The notes under the pieces are model-generated. The model did not search any database. It was not told where the DNA came from and saw nothing but the letters and a program-made list of their open reading frames with translations. A stretch of 63,471 nucleotides of DNA, counting the filler, from Sluysia triapertura (lineage: Eukaryota): the NCBI GenBank assembly GCA_046118255.1. It is 4 parts of 4 records of this genome, joined end to end, with 100 filler letters (N's around TTAATTAATTAA, not from the genome) between each part and the next. Parts side by side here need not be neighbours in the genome. Positions count along the whole stretch, not along the records: positions 50,340 to 63,471 come from JBJNIA010057545.1; 3 more parts are not named here. One strand, given 5' to 3'. The position numbers and the translations under genes are program-made. Shown here piece by piece: positions 50,405 to 63,471 of this stretch (its first letter is position 1; each line of letters starts with the position of its first letter).

Positions 50405-51709
50405 TCAAATCAATTAAAATTATAAAATTTAATATGGAGGTAATTTATGTGACTGTATTTTAAAAATTTTATGAGGTTATTACAAGTTAGTTATTAAATG
50501 AGATTTTACGTAAATCCTATGAAAAGGATTTGTATTAAATCTTTACTTTATGTGTCCGAATAAAATTCGGACAACACTTTTATGCGCTGGAGAGTTTGAA
50601 ACTGTGTAAGTTACTGATTATATTCTTTTACAAAACAACAAGAAATCGAACTTAAAGAAATCATATATTGCAAAAAAATTAGTAAAGTGTTATATATAAA
50701 GTAGGGAAAAATCAAGGAAATATAAACGATTGTAATATATTAACTATTATAAGTTAATTTAATCTAAAAAATTTACGGTAGAACCGTGAAAGGGTTCTAA
50801 ATATAATTCGAAAAAATTAACTTAATTTGATTTTACGTTAGATACGTAAGAGTATCTGTGCCTTAAAAAATTAAATTAGACGAAGAAAATCCTTTAAACG
50901 AATCTTGGCTTAAACTTTGATTGAGAACAATGTATTTATATGAGATAAAAATATTTGCATATATTTATAGTGATTTTCTTTGTCCTTGAACAATTTTAAA
51001 ACAAAATTTAATTTTAATTTACAAATATTTTAAATAATATTTACAAATTTAATTTAATATTTTCCAAATAATTAATAGACACTTACATTTTAATTATTAT
51101 CTTGTTTTAATTATTTTATTCAATAATTCAAATTAAATCCAAAAAATTTTATAATCGTGATAATAAAATCAATAAAATATAAATGATTAAAAGAAATAAT
51201 TATCAACAATTATTAATTATTAAAACAAGTGTTGTTCATTTAATATCAACAAATGTGTGTTCAATGTGTTCAAAATATTAATAAATATATGTATGCTTTC
51301 AAAATATCAGTAAATTTTAAGTGACTGCCTTAAAATTGTGACTATTTCCATAAAGTGTGAAACTTTTTGCTTGGTTTTTCATGTCTTATGTGAGCTCTCT
51401 ATGATTCTGGACTTACTCACTTACTTACACGCATAGATTTGAAGCGTCAAAAGAATATGAAGAAAATTGTAGGTCAGCAATATGTCAAACACTTTTTAGT
51501 TATATTATTTTAATTGTCTTTGTTTAAATAAAGCTTTGACAAATTTTTATATGCAATTTTTAATTTATAATTAATCGTAATAACTACCCTAAAAATAAAA
51601 ATACGTTTATAAATGTATTTATGAATAATAAATTAATCGTGTGATAAACTTCAACAAGGTTAATTAGTAGTGACATATTTAATAAAATGTCACTGTCTAC
51701 AAAAAATAT

Positions 51710-51872
51710 AGTAATCTAAAAATAGACTTTTATATACAAAAAGTAAATGCATTTAATATATATCTATCTAAAAATAGATTCTTATGTACAAAAAATAAAT
51801 GTATATAAAAAATAAATGTAATATAGTTATTGATTTATAAATGTATAATAATCTAAAAATAGAGTTTTTATA
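51710..51872. repeat. Diverged tandem repeat with an ATCTAAAAATAGA core (3 copies)
   Basis: ATCTAAAAATAGA at ~51714, ~51766 and ~51852. Confidence 0.7.
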
Positions 51873-52887
51873 GAAATGAATTTTACTATCCAAAAATGGA
51901 ATGTCATTATTATTAATTATTATTTATTTACTATTATTATTTAGTATTTATTATTATTTAAAATCATTATTGATATTATTTATTTCTTTAAATCAAATAA
52001 AAAATATTTCAAAAAATATCGGTCAAGGTGACCATTTTTCCAATCAATATAAATACATAAAGAAAACTCATAAAACACACAAATTTTGGTAATTTCACAA
52101 ATTTCTCTCAGTGACATATTACACTGGTCCAGTTTGGAACCATACTTGGGAATTTGCTTACAATTATTTACATATATTCATTTGTAATAACTGTTAGTTT
52201 GCTTTCTATAAGTTCATTCATTTTTAATTGAAAGTAAAATATGTACATTATGTTTAAATTTTTGTCACAATCCCCTTTTTAAGAGGGAGGTAATTAATTA
52301 ACAAATGATTATAATATAATCGTTTTAAAATATATATACCTTTTATATAAATTGTGTACAATAACCATATTTTATAAATTTTGTTTAATATACATTTTAT
52401 TTCTTTTTAATTTTATTTAATAATTAACCCTAAGGTCACCGATTTTAATCGGTTGTAAAATCCAGGCAAAGTTATAAATAAAAGATAAACAGATTTAAGG
52501 AACGCCGTTTTTACACGGTCGAAAAATCAAGGCAAAATATTTTGAATTTGTTTGGAGTCTCTTTACGAATAGTTAGGATCCCTTTTAACAGTTAAGTATA
52601 AATTGACATTACCTAAAGTTTTTTGACTAAATTCATATTACATTATTGCACAAGAAGATCTCGTTTATTTTTAGAGTGAAATTTTTAACTTTTGAGCCAA
52701 AGAACTAATACAAGTATAATTGATTCAACCTCAGCTTACTGTACCTCCATAAGTTCTTCTAAAATACTGCCTACAACTTAGCCCTTATATGCGTAAGTTT
52801 AAGATTGTAGGAAACTCACAGTTAAGAATAAATAAAGAACTTTATATTTCATTCTACCTTCACATTCTTCTCACACAAAAATAAAAC

Positions 52888-53048
52888 TCAACAATGTATA
52901 ACAAGGTTAATTAATCGTAAAATATTTAATAAATTTAGATTCAACAGTGTACAATAAGGTTAATTAATCGTAGAAAGTAAAATTCAATAACGTACAACAA
53001 TGTTAAATAATCGTAAAATAGTTAATAAATTAAAATTCAACAATGTAC
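52888..53048. repeat. ~40-55-bp diverged tandem repeat (3 copies)
   Basis: AA(G/T)GTTAA(T/A)TAATCGTA...ATTCAA is repeated three times. Confidence 0.75.
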
Positions 53049-54046
53049 ATAAAAAAATAGGTACTATCAGAAAGGCAATGATTTAAATTATAGTAATAAT
53101 CAATTTGATATTATTATTAAAACAATAATAATGTTGTTTATTCTAATATATTTTGGCAATTCGAGATTTTGCTAAAAGTTGAATTTTAGTTATGATTTTA
53201 ATGTTTTTTATTAAATAGTAACTTAAAATGACTAACGAAAATTTTAAAAATAATCTGCAAAAACAATTGATCAATGATCGATTCAACCAACAAAATAAAT
53301 TATTTCAATGAATAAATAGATACTTCGATCAATTCGATTGAAAATTTTAAATTATAACTTCTAACTTAACTTTTAATCACTGAGATTCAAAATTAATGAT
53401 CTTTAGCGATTAAGTTTCGCTATTTATAATATTTTGAATGTTAATTTTTAGTAAATCTATTTTTAGATTAACTATTTTAGTAATTTAAACAATAACATTT
53501 TTATAATTAATATTATATTTTTTAATAAAAATAATTTAATAATTTCAATAAAATAACTTCGATAATTTATTATTAATAATTTTCTAATTAATATTTTTAC
53601 TAATTAGTATTAATAAAATTTACAATATTACAAATTATAATTTTTTAAATTAAATATTTTACAAATTTACAGATTTTACATAAATTGCAATTTACAAATT
53701 TTTACAAAAGAAAACTTTGAATACTATCTTAAACCTTCACTGAAAATTATAAATTTAAAAGTATTGTTTAAATATTTATGTTTTATCCATTAAAAATGAC
53801 AAAGTAAAATTATAACCAGAAGAAAACTTGCAAAAGAATAAAATGTTTCAAAAAAAACTAATTCGAAAGATTTGGAAAAAGATATCAATGTCAAAATATT
53901 GGCAACTTTAACAGCCTATTATTTGAAATTAACTTAATATTGCTTTCTTTGGAAAGTTACATATCTTGCCTAGTTCAAGAAATTATATAAGCTCTAAAAA
54001 TATTAAAAACTTTATTTAGAAATTAATTTTGCTGAAAATTGAATAG

Positions 54047-54209
54047 CAAGAAATTCGCACTATTAAGAAGCATGAGTTCTTATTTGGAACTATGGCAGCA
54101 CAGATCGCGCGAAACATTATAGTGTTTGGCTTTAGTGTTACTACGCTACAAACGATATCAAACTGGTTCACTAAATTTCGTACAAGTAAATTTGATCTTA
54201 CTAAAGATT
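54047..54209 (+). mobile_element. mariner transposase N-terminal HTH fragment
   Basis: QEIRTIKKHEFLFGTMAAQIARNI-VFGFSVTTLQTISNWFTKFRTSKFDLTKD matches the mariner IR....YEF..G..A....RNI...FG.......WF.KFR.G.F.L pattern. Confidence 0.85.
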
Positions 54210-55744
54210 AATAATGACGAAATGTAGATCACTACCGAATCTGACCCACCTCAGCAAATATCATAGCGTCAGAAAGTTAATAGGCAAGACAGCTTCTAAT
54301 AATTACACAGATGCCATCAATATCTGGATAAAAATAAAGAAATATATGAACAATATGATAGAAACGTATTTAATTGCGATGAAACTACTTTGTTTTATAA
54401 ATCCATGCCCAAAGTCTATCTTTAGTGTTAAATAAGTAAAGTGTGCAAAATAAAGAATAATAGTCCTTATTTGAAACTCACAATATGGACAAAAGTTACC
54501 TTCTTCGTTTATTGGTAAATCAAAAACATGGCTTTTAAAAAAGCAGAAATTTTTCATGATTTCTTAATCAAAAATTTATGAATAAAAGTAAAAACATTAT
54601 TTTAATACTTGATAATTGTACATATCATATGGACACTAATTTGTCCAATATTAAACTAATGTTGCTATCATCTAACACTGGAATTATTAAAAATTTTAAA
54701 TACAATTACAAAACATGTTTTTAAACGACAGCAATATACAAAAGATGTTAAAATCCGTTATTCTAATGCGGACAGACATTTTGTTCAATAGAATAAAATA
54801 AAATCCAATTTTAATATACACAGAGAAGATAACTAAGAATTTAATTGTGCAATAATGAAGAAATGGATAAATCAGAATATGTTGAAGAAACGAAAGAATT
54901 ACAGAAGGATGACATGTAAAACACGCATTGGAGTATTGCCCAGGTTAAATGCAGGATAAGCTCTTTTCATAATAATTTCTCCTAATTTTATTTCAACTAA
55001 TTTTCAATAAATTTTAAGTGACCATCTCTTACAAAATAAATTTAAAAAATTGTAATTGTGAATAATAATAATCATAATAATCATAATTCGCAATGTAATA
55101 TCGCAACATAATAACTTTGTAAAAATTTAATTGCTGTATAAACTTAATTACTTTACATTTATATCGAAATAATTGTAGTAATTATTTGTGATTTGTTGTA
55201 ATTCTGAAATTATAATTTGTAAATATTATTGTGCATGTTGAAATCATGAAAGTATTCAAAAATAATAATTTGTAAACATTATTGTACATTTACGAAAATT
55301 GATGAAATTATTTAATAATTTATAAACGAAATTGACGATTATCATAGAAAATAATTAAAATAATAATAGACGAAAATAATTGAGATAATTGGAAAGTATA
55401 AAAGGAACAAAATAATTATTCAACACAAATAAATTGGTGAGAAAATTGAGGTACAAAATAGTACAGCTAAAAAATCTCAAATTTGGGAATCCTAGATCAA
55501 CATCTTGTAGCAGCATCAGTATCATTATTTGAGAATCAACTTTTCAATACTAGTATTTTTTAAAGTAAGGGATAAAATCATGTGAAAATCTTATTTGTAA
55601 GACTATTTTAATGGTGGTCTCAAAATCATATTTTGGCATTAAGAGGTATCTTAATATCTGTCAGATACTAGAGGCATTTAATGGTGAATAGTGTCGTAAA
55701 AGCTTTAATAATAAATTAATAATGTTGATGTAATAATATCGAGC

Positions 55745-56386
55745 ATTAGGAAAACACGAACTTCTTTTATAAAAATTGGAAAACATATGTTGATAAAGAT
55801 ATTTGCAATTTAATAATTTCAATAAACAATTATGTAATGACAACTTTTTCTGAGAGAAGAGCCAAGCGATTTTCAACTTCTGTGGTCGATAACTGTTTAA
55901 AAATCTTGAATAGAAATATTCTAAAAGCTACACAACTGACTGTAATAGCTTCTACTAATGCGATTTATTTGGTTGACAACAAATATCGAGTTAACTTGTC
56001 CGAAAAAACTTGTGAATGCTTCGAATGGATCAATTCTAAGATTCCTTGCATTCATTTATGTGCTGTCATTGCTCATAAAAGTTTAAATGTTATTAATTTC
56101 GTTCCTGATATGTATACCGCTCAAAAGTATTGTAGTTCATATTCTAATAACGTACTCCCTTTGACTGCAGCTAATTTGGTAAGATCGAATATTCAAGCTC
56201 CAATCCAAAGAAGAGTAAGAGGCAGACCGAAATACTGCTGCTTATGAATGTCAATGAAAATTATTAAATGTAGTCTATAAAAATCGTGTTTTTTAATTTT
56301 TGTTAATTTTTTTTATTAATTCATTTGTCAAAGAAAAGTTAGTATTGTCCAATTTTTAAGAAAAGTTCGTGTTTTCCAATTTTCCC
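55745..56386 (+). mobile_element. Internally deleted Mutator-like element (MULE) retaining a SWIM-finger ORF (55837-56247)
   Basis: YRVNLSEKTCECFEWINSKIPCIHLCAV (SWIM, CxC..CxH) and RRVRGRPK. Inverted repeats GGAAAACACGAACTT..AAAAATTGGA (55749-55780) and TCCAATTTTT..AAGTTCGTGTTTTCC (56348-56377). Confidence 0.85.
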
Positions 56387-59138
56387 AATTTAAATATTGT
56401 TTACATAAAATAAATGTAAAAATAAATAAAGGTAAAAAAATAAAAATGAAAAATGGAGCTTGTCACACTTAATTGGTTAGGAATGTAGCCATGGATTAAA
56501 CCAAGAACACCATAAAAGAATCAAGGCGGATATAAATGTAGCTCGAATAAAGAATAAAATTAACTAAATTATACTAATAATTACAAATCAACAAAGTGAA
56601 CCTAATATGGCTAGAATTATAAAAAATTGACACGCAAAAATATATTTAAAATAAGATTATAACTAATGTATTTTATTAGAGAATAAGATTGGATGTGGTG
56701 AAATTGACAATTGAGAAATCGTCGTAGACAGAATGGAAAAAGTTTTGGGATACAATGTAATATCAACTAAAAATACTAAAGATGCACAGTAAATAGATAT
56801 TGAAGACATTGTTCGAGAATTTTTATGTTGATAGTGTATGTTAACCAATTAAAGTGATATCGAGATTAATACAAACGTGCGAAATTAGAACCCAACGAGA
56901 CGATGCTTACTGTAAAATTGTAATGGATCTTTGCAGAATATACATAGTAAATATGAATCAATATAGTAACTTGAATAAAATATGTCGAGTTTCAAAGAAA
57001 TATTTTCGTGGTGAGATTCATTAAAGAGTAACTTTTACATACAATACGTTTAAAAACTAACAAAAATAAATTTAATTGGGCTTGAATTTTTGTCTTTTAT
57101 TTAGTTCGGATTCGAAAAATGAGTCGGTATTTTAGTCTGTATAACTTAGATCTTAAATTGAGGTAGTTTACAAAAAGTTTGTTATAGCCTACATAAACAT
57201 TATTCAAATCTTGGTGACTAAACAAGATTATTTTATATTTATTTATTTACTTCCCATCATTTTTTCCTCTACAAATAAATAAGTCGTACAAAATTTTATT
57301 ATTTTAGATATCACATTAAAAACAAGAACCATGCAGTCAAAACATCGGAAAGTCTTTAAAATGTCTTTCGATTTAAAAATCACCTCATCTAACGACTTTG
57401 AAGAATATTCTGAAATATAAAAATAATGTACAACTTTAAACTCGTAACAAACTCTGAAACTTGTAGCTATCATCTATAACAAATTCTTTAAGCGTATCTT
57501 TATCTCGGAATTAACGAGTAAAATTTTCACTTAAATTTTGACATCTTGATAAAGCATTCCAGTGAAACGTATCTTGAAATCTAATTATAATTCTTTCTGT
57601 TAATTTTTGTCTAAATGATAGATTTGAAATTGATGAATAAACTCCCAGAAAAATTTGATGTTTACGATTCAACAATGATTTAAATTCTCGAATTTCTTTT
57701 TGTTAATTTGTTAAACACAAATAGATTTTATATTCCAAACAGATTTAAATGATTTATGTTTCCGAAAAATTAAGCGATTTTATTCATATTTTTCTACAAA
57801 ATCTGTGACTGATTTCTTCAACCAGATATTGAGTACCATTGGATTTTAATAAGTGGATTCAAAGATGTAATATGTATTCATAATAATAATAATGGCGATT
57901 ACATTTTTATAGTACATTTGTTGTATCATAACATGTAAAAGTTCATTCAAATGTCATCTCCTTCGAAGCTGCTGCTCGAATATCTATCAGATTCATAAAG
58001 AACCATTTTCTCAAATATAAAATTTAAAAATAAAAGCATTTTAAATTAAGTGTTTAAAAATTCCATAAATGAAAATTAAAAATATATTCATTATGATTAT
58101 TAAAAAACATCTATTATCCTGAAATTTAATTAAGATATTTTGCTATTTTTCTTGAAAGAAAGTTTTAATTTTCACTTCTACCTCTAAAATCGCAGACTTC
58201 GCAAATAACGGCACCTTGCATTACCATGTGAAAAATCACTTGATTAAACTGATTAAATTTGACTTGTACTATATGATAATGATGATAATAATAATAATAA
58301 TAAGTAAAAATTATAATTCAAAAAGAGTATAATTTATGCAAGGAACAAATATGTGCGTGCTTGTGCCCACTTTAGACCCAAACTGTATATACATTAAGAA
58401 TCAGGATAGCTAGAAGGTGCAGCACTGACCATTTTTTCAAAAACAATTGTAATTTATTTTGAAGCTTTAATAAAACAACGAAAAAAATTAAATTGGATTC
58501 AACTTTTTATTAATAATCAGTCAAAAATAATTTGGAGCGAATAATTAAATGTCTTAAAAATCCACTTTAATATTAAGTTATTAAAGAAATCATTTACATT
58601 CAGTTCCTTGGATTGCATGTCAAATTCCAAATTATATTTTTAATTTCATTAGGTAATTCTAGATCTTCGACGTCACTAGTTGAATAATGATCCTCATAAG
58701 AATCTTCAAATGATTTTGTAACGTGAATTGACTATTTTTATATCTTATTGAAATATCTAGCAGACACCTCTAAAAGTTCTGAGAAAAATCGATTTTTACA
58801 AATGGAATTATTTTCTTTGCATATTAACCATATAAGTGTAAGCTCGTTCCACGGGCTTCTGAAATTTGATAATTATTCGAAATAATCATAAACATAGTTG
58901 CATTTAAAAGTAGAAATCTCATGTCAGATTCAATTTACATTTTCAATTCCATCGTTATTCTTTGAAATGGCAGTTAGTTTTGTACTGGAACTTGATGTTT
59001 AAAATGTATCATCAAAACATCTAACTGGTTTAAATTTGTCCAATGAAAGAGTCAATTTTTTATTGTGAAACACTAAATCGATTCATAATAAAGCAATAAT
59101 TTTTAAAAAACACAGTTCTCAAAATATATAGTGTACAG

Positions 59139-59347
59139 CACGGTTTCTCAAGCGTTGGGTCGCGTTAAATTTTTTATGGGTCGCGGACTCGTGGTTTAGT
59201 ATAAAAATTATAATATATTATAATATAAGTATAAACTACATAGAAAAAATTAATTTATACAATCGAAGCTCTAATTAGTGCCAATAGTATGTCTTTTTTT
59301 ATCTCTTAGCATTCCATTATGTAATAAAAAAAGGCTTAGAAACGCTG
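59139..59347. mobile_element. hAT (Charlie/Buster-type) MITE, 209 bp
   Basis: TIRs CACGGTTTCTCAAGC / GCTTAGAAACGCTG; 8-bp flanks GTGTACAG (59131-59138) and GTGTAGAG (59348-59355) with central TA. Confidence 0.8.
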
Positions 59348-59544
59348 GTGTAGAGGAAATTAATGAAGTCAATAATAAAAATTAAAATAAAGTTTTGTAA
59401 TCACAGAGGTGATTACATATTTAAAATATTTAAGAGTTCAACTTTTATTAATTGATTTAAATCTAGAATCTCTTGTTGAAAACGTATAAGTGCATGAGAA
59501 TGTTAAAATGTAAATAGTTCTTGCGTAATCGACTAAGTGTGTTA

Positions 59545-59630
59545 CTATGTTTCATATAATTATTAATTCTAATTCTATGTTTCATATAATTATTAATTCT
59601 AATTCTATGTTTCATATAATTAATTTATTC
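59545..59630. repeat. 30-bp tandem repeat, ~3 copies
   Basis: CTATGTTTCATATAATTATTAATTCTAATT twice, plus a partial third copy. Confidence 0.9.
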
Positions 59631-59820
59631 TATAATACAACTGTATAGTTATTTTTATCCGCATTAATTTTCTTCTACTATATGACCGTCTTAGTGTCAG
59701 TTCATATTCTTCTACTATTATGTGTTTTTGTTCATTTTATGTAGTTGCTTTCTTGGCTAATAAGTGTGTTAACACACTTTTTCTTATTTTTCTAAAATCT
59801 TTTTCTGGATATTTGTAAGT

Positions 59821-60677
59821 TGTAGGGAATTCACATTAAAATTTCAACATTTCATCATATAAAAACATTTCTTACATACATAGAACATTAAATAAACTAC
59901 TTAACTCATTTAAAAACAGTCATTGTACATAATTATCATGAACTTTAGTTATTGTTATTATAAATCCAATTGTATTAAAATATATAATTATTATGATTAT
60001 TGATATATAATATGATTGTCATGATTATCATATAATAATTTCTACAATAATAATACAACATCATTGTTTTAAAATATATAATAATTGCATTATTGTTATC
60101 ATTATTATTCCTTTCAATTTTCCATGGATTGTTTACCAATACAATGATAATCATCCAGCTGTTTTATTAATAATGGAAATACATTTCAAAAACTATTTTA
60201 ATTAAAATATTGGTTGCCTTTCATAATACTTGATTTCGTGATCAATTTATGCAACCAATTACCAGAAGAATGTCGAATTTAGCACAGAAGTAAATTGATA
60301 AGGATCACGCATATATACCAACTCAAACAAATAAAAGAATAAGATGAATTGCAAAATTGAAAGGAATAATAATGATAACAATGTAATTATTATATATTTT
60401 AAAACAATGATGTTGATATTGTATTATTATTGTAGGAATTATTATATGAAATTATTAAGAATTATTATATGATAATCATGATAATCATGTTATATAACAA
60501 TAATCATAATTATTATATATTTCATTACAATTGGATTTATAATAATAACTGTAGTTCATGATAATTATGTACAATGACTGTTTGTTTTTAAATGAGTTAA
60601 TTAGTTTATTTAATGTTCTGTATGTGTAAATGGTTTTATGTGATGAAATGTTGAAATTTTGATGTGAATTCCCTACA
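59821..60677. mobile_element. Non-autonomous element with ~300-bp terminal inverted repeats and TGT..ACA ends (Ginger/foldback-like)
   Basis: 59821-~60121 is the diverged reverse complement of ~60353-60677 (TGTAGGGAATTCACAT.. / ..ATGTGAATTCCCTACA). Flanks TAAGT / TAAGC are a possible 5-bp TSD. Confidence 0.85.
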
Positions 60678-61324
60678 TAAGCTATTTCCTTTTCTTGAGT
60701 TTGTTCATGTTCTTGAGTTATTTAGTAAAAATTTATTTACTTATTATTAAACTTATAACTTTACAATTTCATTCAAAATGGCGGTATTTGAATCAATGTC
60801 AGGACGCTAAATTAAGATGTAAAGGTGGATAATTATCAAATAATTTGATTGTTACTTTAACATCTTGTAATAAACTTATACAATACAAATTACAACTTAC
60901 TTCATAACTGTGTGTCGACTTTGGTTCGCTCAGGACAGTAACTTCTTTTTGAATTCATCTGTTTTTGTAAAAACTGTTTACTGTTCCACTTTCAAAAAAA
61001 AATATTAAAAATAAAAAATATTTTTATTTTAACCCTATATGGGCTCATATAAGGTTCAGGTCACAAAATAGTTTGTTTTTTCACAAGATGATGTATACAT
61101 TTTAATTATGCAGTGCCTCTGAAATAACTAATATGAATATTGATGACGGTTGGCAGCACCATCGACCTAAAATGTCACAATATTAATTTTTTTATATTTA
61201 TTACATTACTTTATATTATATTGTAATTAATGTAATTAATTTTATTGCATTTATTAAATTATTTTTTATTATTTTTAGTGCTCAGTCACCACCAAACATT
61301 CGCATTTTTTAGAACTAGATTCCA

Positions 61325-62479
61325 CTAACGATGCTCTGCAGTGTTGTTGTGACTACTGCTGTTCAATCCGGCTGCTGCTGCCAACAATATATTGATCATT
61401 GGTTTTTTGTGAGTTGAAAATTGAGCTTGCTTATGAATTGAACCCTGCTTATTAGGCAATGCAATTTTCGCTGGAAATTGATGAGTTGAACTAACCGATG
61501 CTTTCTTAAACGCATGATGCTGAATCAAAGGTTGAGAAGCGCTATGATTGTTTTTAAAATATATTTCGTCAACATTCGTCACCTCCTGAGATTTCCGAGC
61601 AATCCATTTTTGAACTAACGGATTTTCAAAGTCCTCTTTGATTCCAGGAAACTTTTTTCGTCTTCGTGACCGCCTTTTGGATTCACGTCGCGCCTCCAAT
61701 ACATCATAGTCAGGTTTTTTAGTTTCATTATATACTAAAATTACATTTTCATTACAAAATGCATTTAAATTACCATAGTCAACTTGATAACTTTTACCTT
61801 CGTCTTCATCAGACTGAGAGCTGTCATCGAAAAATTTGTAGGTTTGTTCATTCTAAAACATAAACAACGTTTAAATGTAACAATTACAATTAATTTTGTG
61901 GCACTGTGATTTTTTTCTTCTTTTGTTTCACTTTCAGATTTATCTTGATTACTTCGTTTATCAAAATTAGGTATATTTTCACAAATTAAGTCGCTTTCAA
62001 CTTCTTCTTTAACATTATTTACACTTACTTTATTTACATTAATTTGTACAGTATCATAATTACGAGGTTTTAAATAATCATTTTGAAAATCAATGTCTAA
62101 TAAAAATATATTATATGTTATCAATATTACCAATATCAGCATCATAATTATCATATACATAATCTTTCCTAAAATTCAAACTGATCTCCGACACTAAAGA
62201 GAAATTTACGATTACATTAATTAAATAACCTTTCTCTAAAGAATTATTCAAGTTAACTTTCAATGATTCATATATTTCTAAATCGGTTTTCAAATTTTCA
62301 TCAACTTTTGTCTTTAATTCAGTCATATATAATAATTTATTATTTACTGATTTGTTATCAGATGAATTGCCAAAATTAACATCACTAAATAATTTTCTAT
62401 TTAAATCACACTTTTCTGGGTTTTCTATCTTACATTCTGTTGCGTCAGAAGTATCCACAGAATTATGTGATCTTTTCAT
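61325..62479 (-). CDS. Unknown low-complexity (acidic, then basic) protein; at least 5 exons with micro-introns; 3' end uncertain
   Basis: ATG 62479. GT-AG introns 62194-62229 (36 nt), 62097-62130 (34), 61853-61887 (35) and 61735-61773 (39) join three ORF-track entries into one frame. NLS-like KRRSRRRKK. Confidence 0.75.
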
Positions 62480-63471
62480 TACATAAATTATTTGAACATC
62501 AAGTATAAAGTACAATAAATAAAATAAACATTTTTTAATAGTAAAGATCTAATTTTTTAAAAAAAATTTATGTCTAGTTTAGTAAAAGAAGAATAAATTT
62601 AAATGCATTGATTAAAAGTCAAAATAGATTCAATATCTTATTTAACCTTTTTAAATAATCTTATTTAACCTTTAAATTATTTTTAAAAATTTCGAGAATA
62701 ACTTTTAATTTTGAAAGTAGAAAAAAATATTTCGAATAAATTTATATTTAATTTTAACTCTATTATCAATTTAGAGTTTTAAATATACAAATTAAAATAT
62801 AAGTTTGCAATTCATCGTATATACAATATTTTTATACAATATTGTTATGAATAATAAACTGTTTAAAGAATTCTGAATTCGAAAGTATAAAAACAAACTA
62901 ATGTGTTAATCCGCTATAATAAGTCAAACTTACTAAATATCCTTACTTTTTTAAGATGCCTGAAGTTGTAAAGTTAAAATATTATTTAGAATCTTTTATG
63001 GATGAAAAAGGTTTATGAACTGTATGTATGGATCTGGGTTTAAATATTATTGAGGTATATTTTCAATTAATTTAGAGTAAAGTCTATTTGAATGGTGTTT
63101 CTATAGCATCTATTGTAATCTGCTTCCACGTAGGCCGTTAATCAGCCATAATTATACAATTTATCAGTAGCATGATATATGTTACTGTTGAGATTGCCCA
63201 AGTGTCGATCAGAAGATGAATGATAAATATGTAGAACTATCAAATGAAGAAAAAACTGATACAAAGTGATGGATTAAATGTTGCGTTTTTAAAACTTGTT
63301 AACTATTAAACCCACTATTATTATCTTGTTCAGTCCAAATCCCAATAATTTCAATAGTTAGTATATCAAGTACAATTTTATTATGTTTTAGCCCTGTAAT
63401 TATAACGAAAACTATTATCCCAAATTCAAGTCCTTGAAATCAAAATCAAAACTAAATCGATATTGTATTAT

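Noticed and set aside
57240-59070. Decayed minus-strand coding fragments, one ending in SOCS-box-like VEDLELPNEIKNII
   Set aside because: Multiple stops and no continuous domain; insufficient support.
1-63471. CRISPR array, prokaryotic operons, rRNA or tRNA genes
   Set aside because: Repeats are tandem without unique spacers, there are no cas-like ORFs, genes are metazoan with spliceosomal introns, and I recognised no rRNA or tRNA sequence.

Overview
Very AT-rich animal (metazoan) genomic DNA, not prokaryotic. It consists of four contigs (1-24116, 24217-37787, 37888-50239, 50340-63471) joined by identical artificial 100-nt spacers (44 N + TTAATTAATTAA + 44 N), so adjacency across gaps is unverified. 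Recognisable host-type genes: an intronless, N-terminally truncated CBP/p300-like acetyltransferase with a frameshifted TAZ finger; a TRAF-like pseudogene; a secreted C-type lectin; the first three coding exons of a kinesin light chain; the last exon of a tau/MAP2-family gene; and an unknown gene with four 34-39 nt introns. The tiny introns and AT content suggest a compact parasite-like genome (an orthonectid such as Intoshia is only a guess). The rest is dominated by decayed transposons (two pogo/Tigger, two mariner fragments, piggyBac, MULE, a hAT MITE, a long-TIR TGT..ACA element) and tandem or dispersed repeats. The most interesting region is 24217-~28960. It holds three intact, intronless, co-oriented ORFs: a tandem type-I membrane polyprotein with a PPxY tail, a RING-H2 protein, and a degenerate cupin/JmjC-like protein. 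The last two are each preceded by a splice acceptor, and the cluster ends in a Ty3/gypsy-like hairpin-polypurine-TGT junction. This may be the 3' end of a retrovirus-like LTR element carrying env-position and accessory genes. That is an inference: no gag or pol is visible because the contig begins inside the first ORF. All family assignments are from motif recognition by eye; no searches were run.
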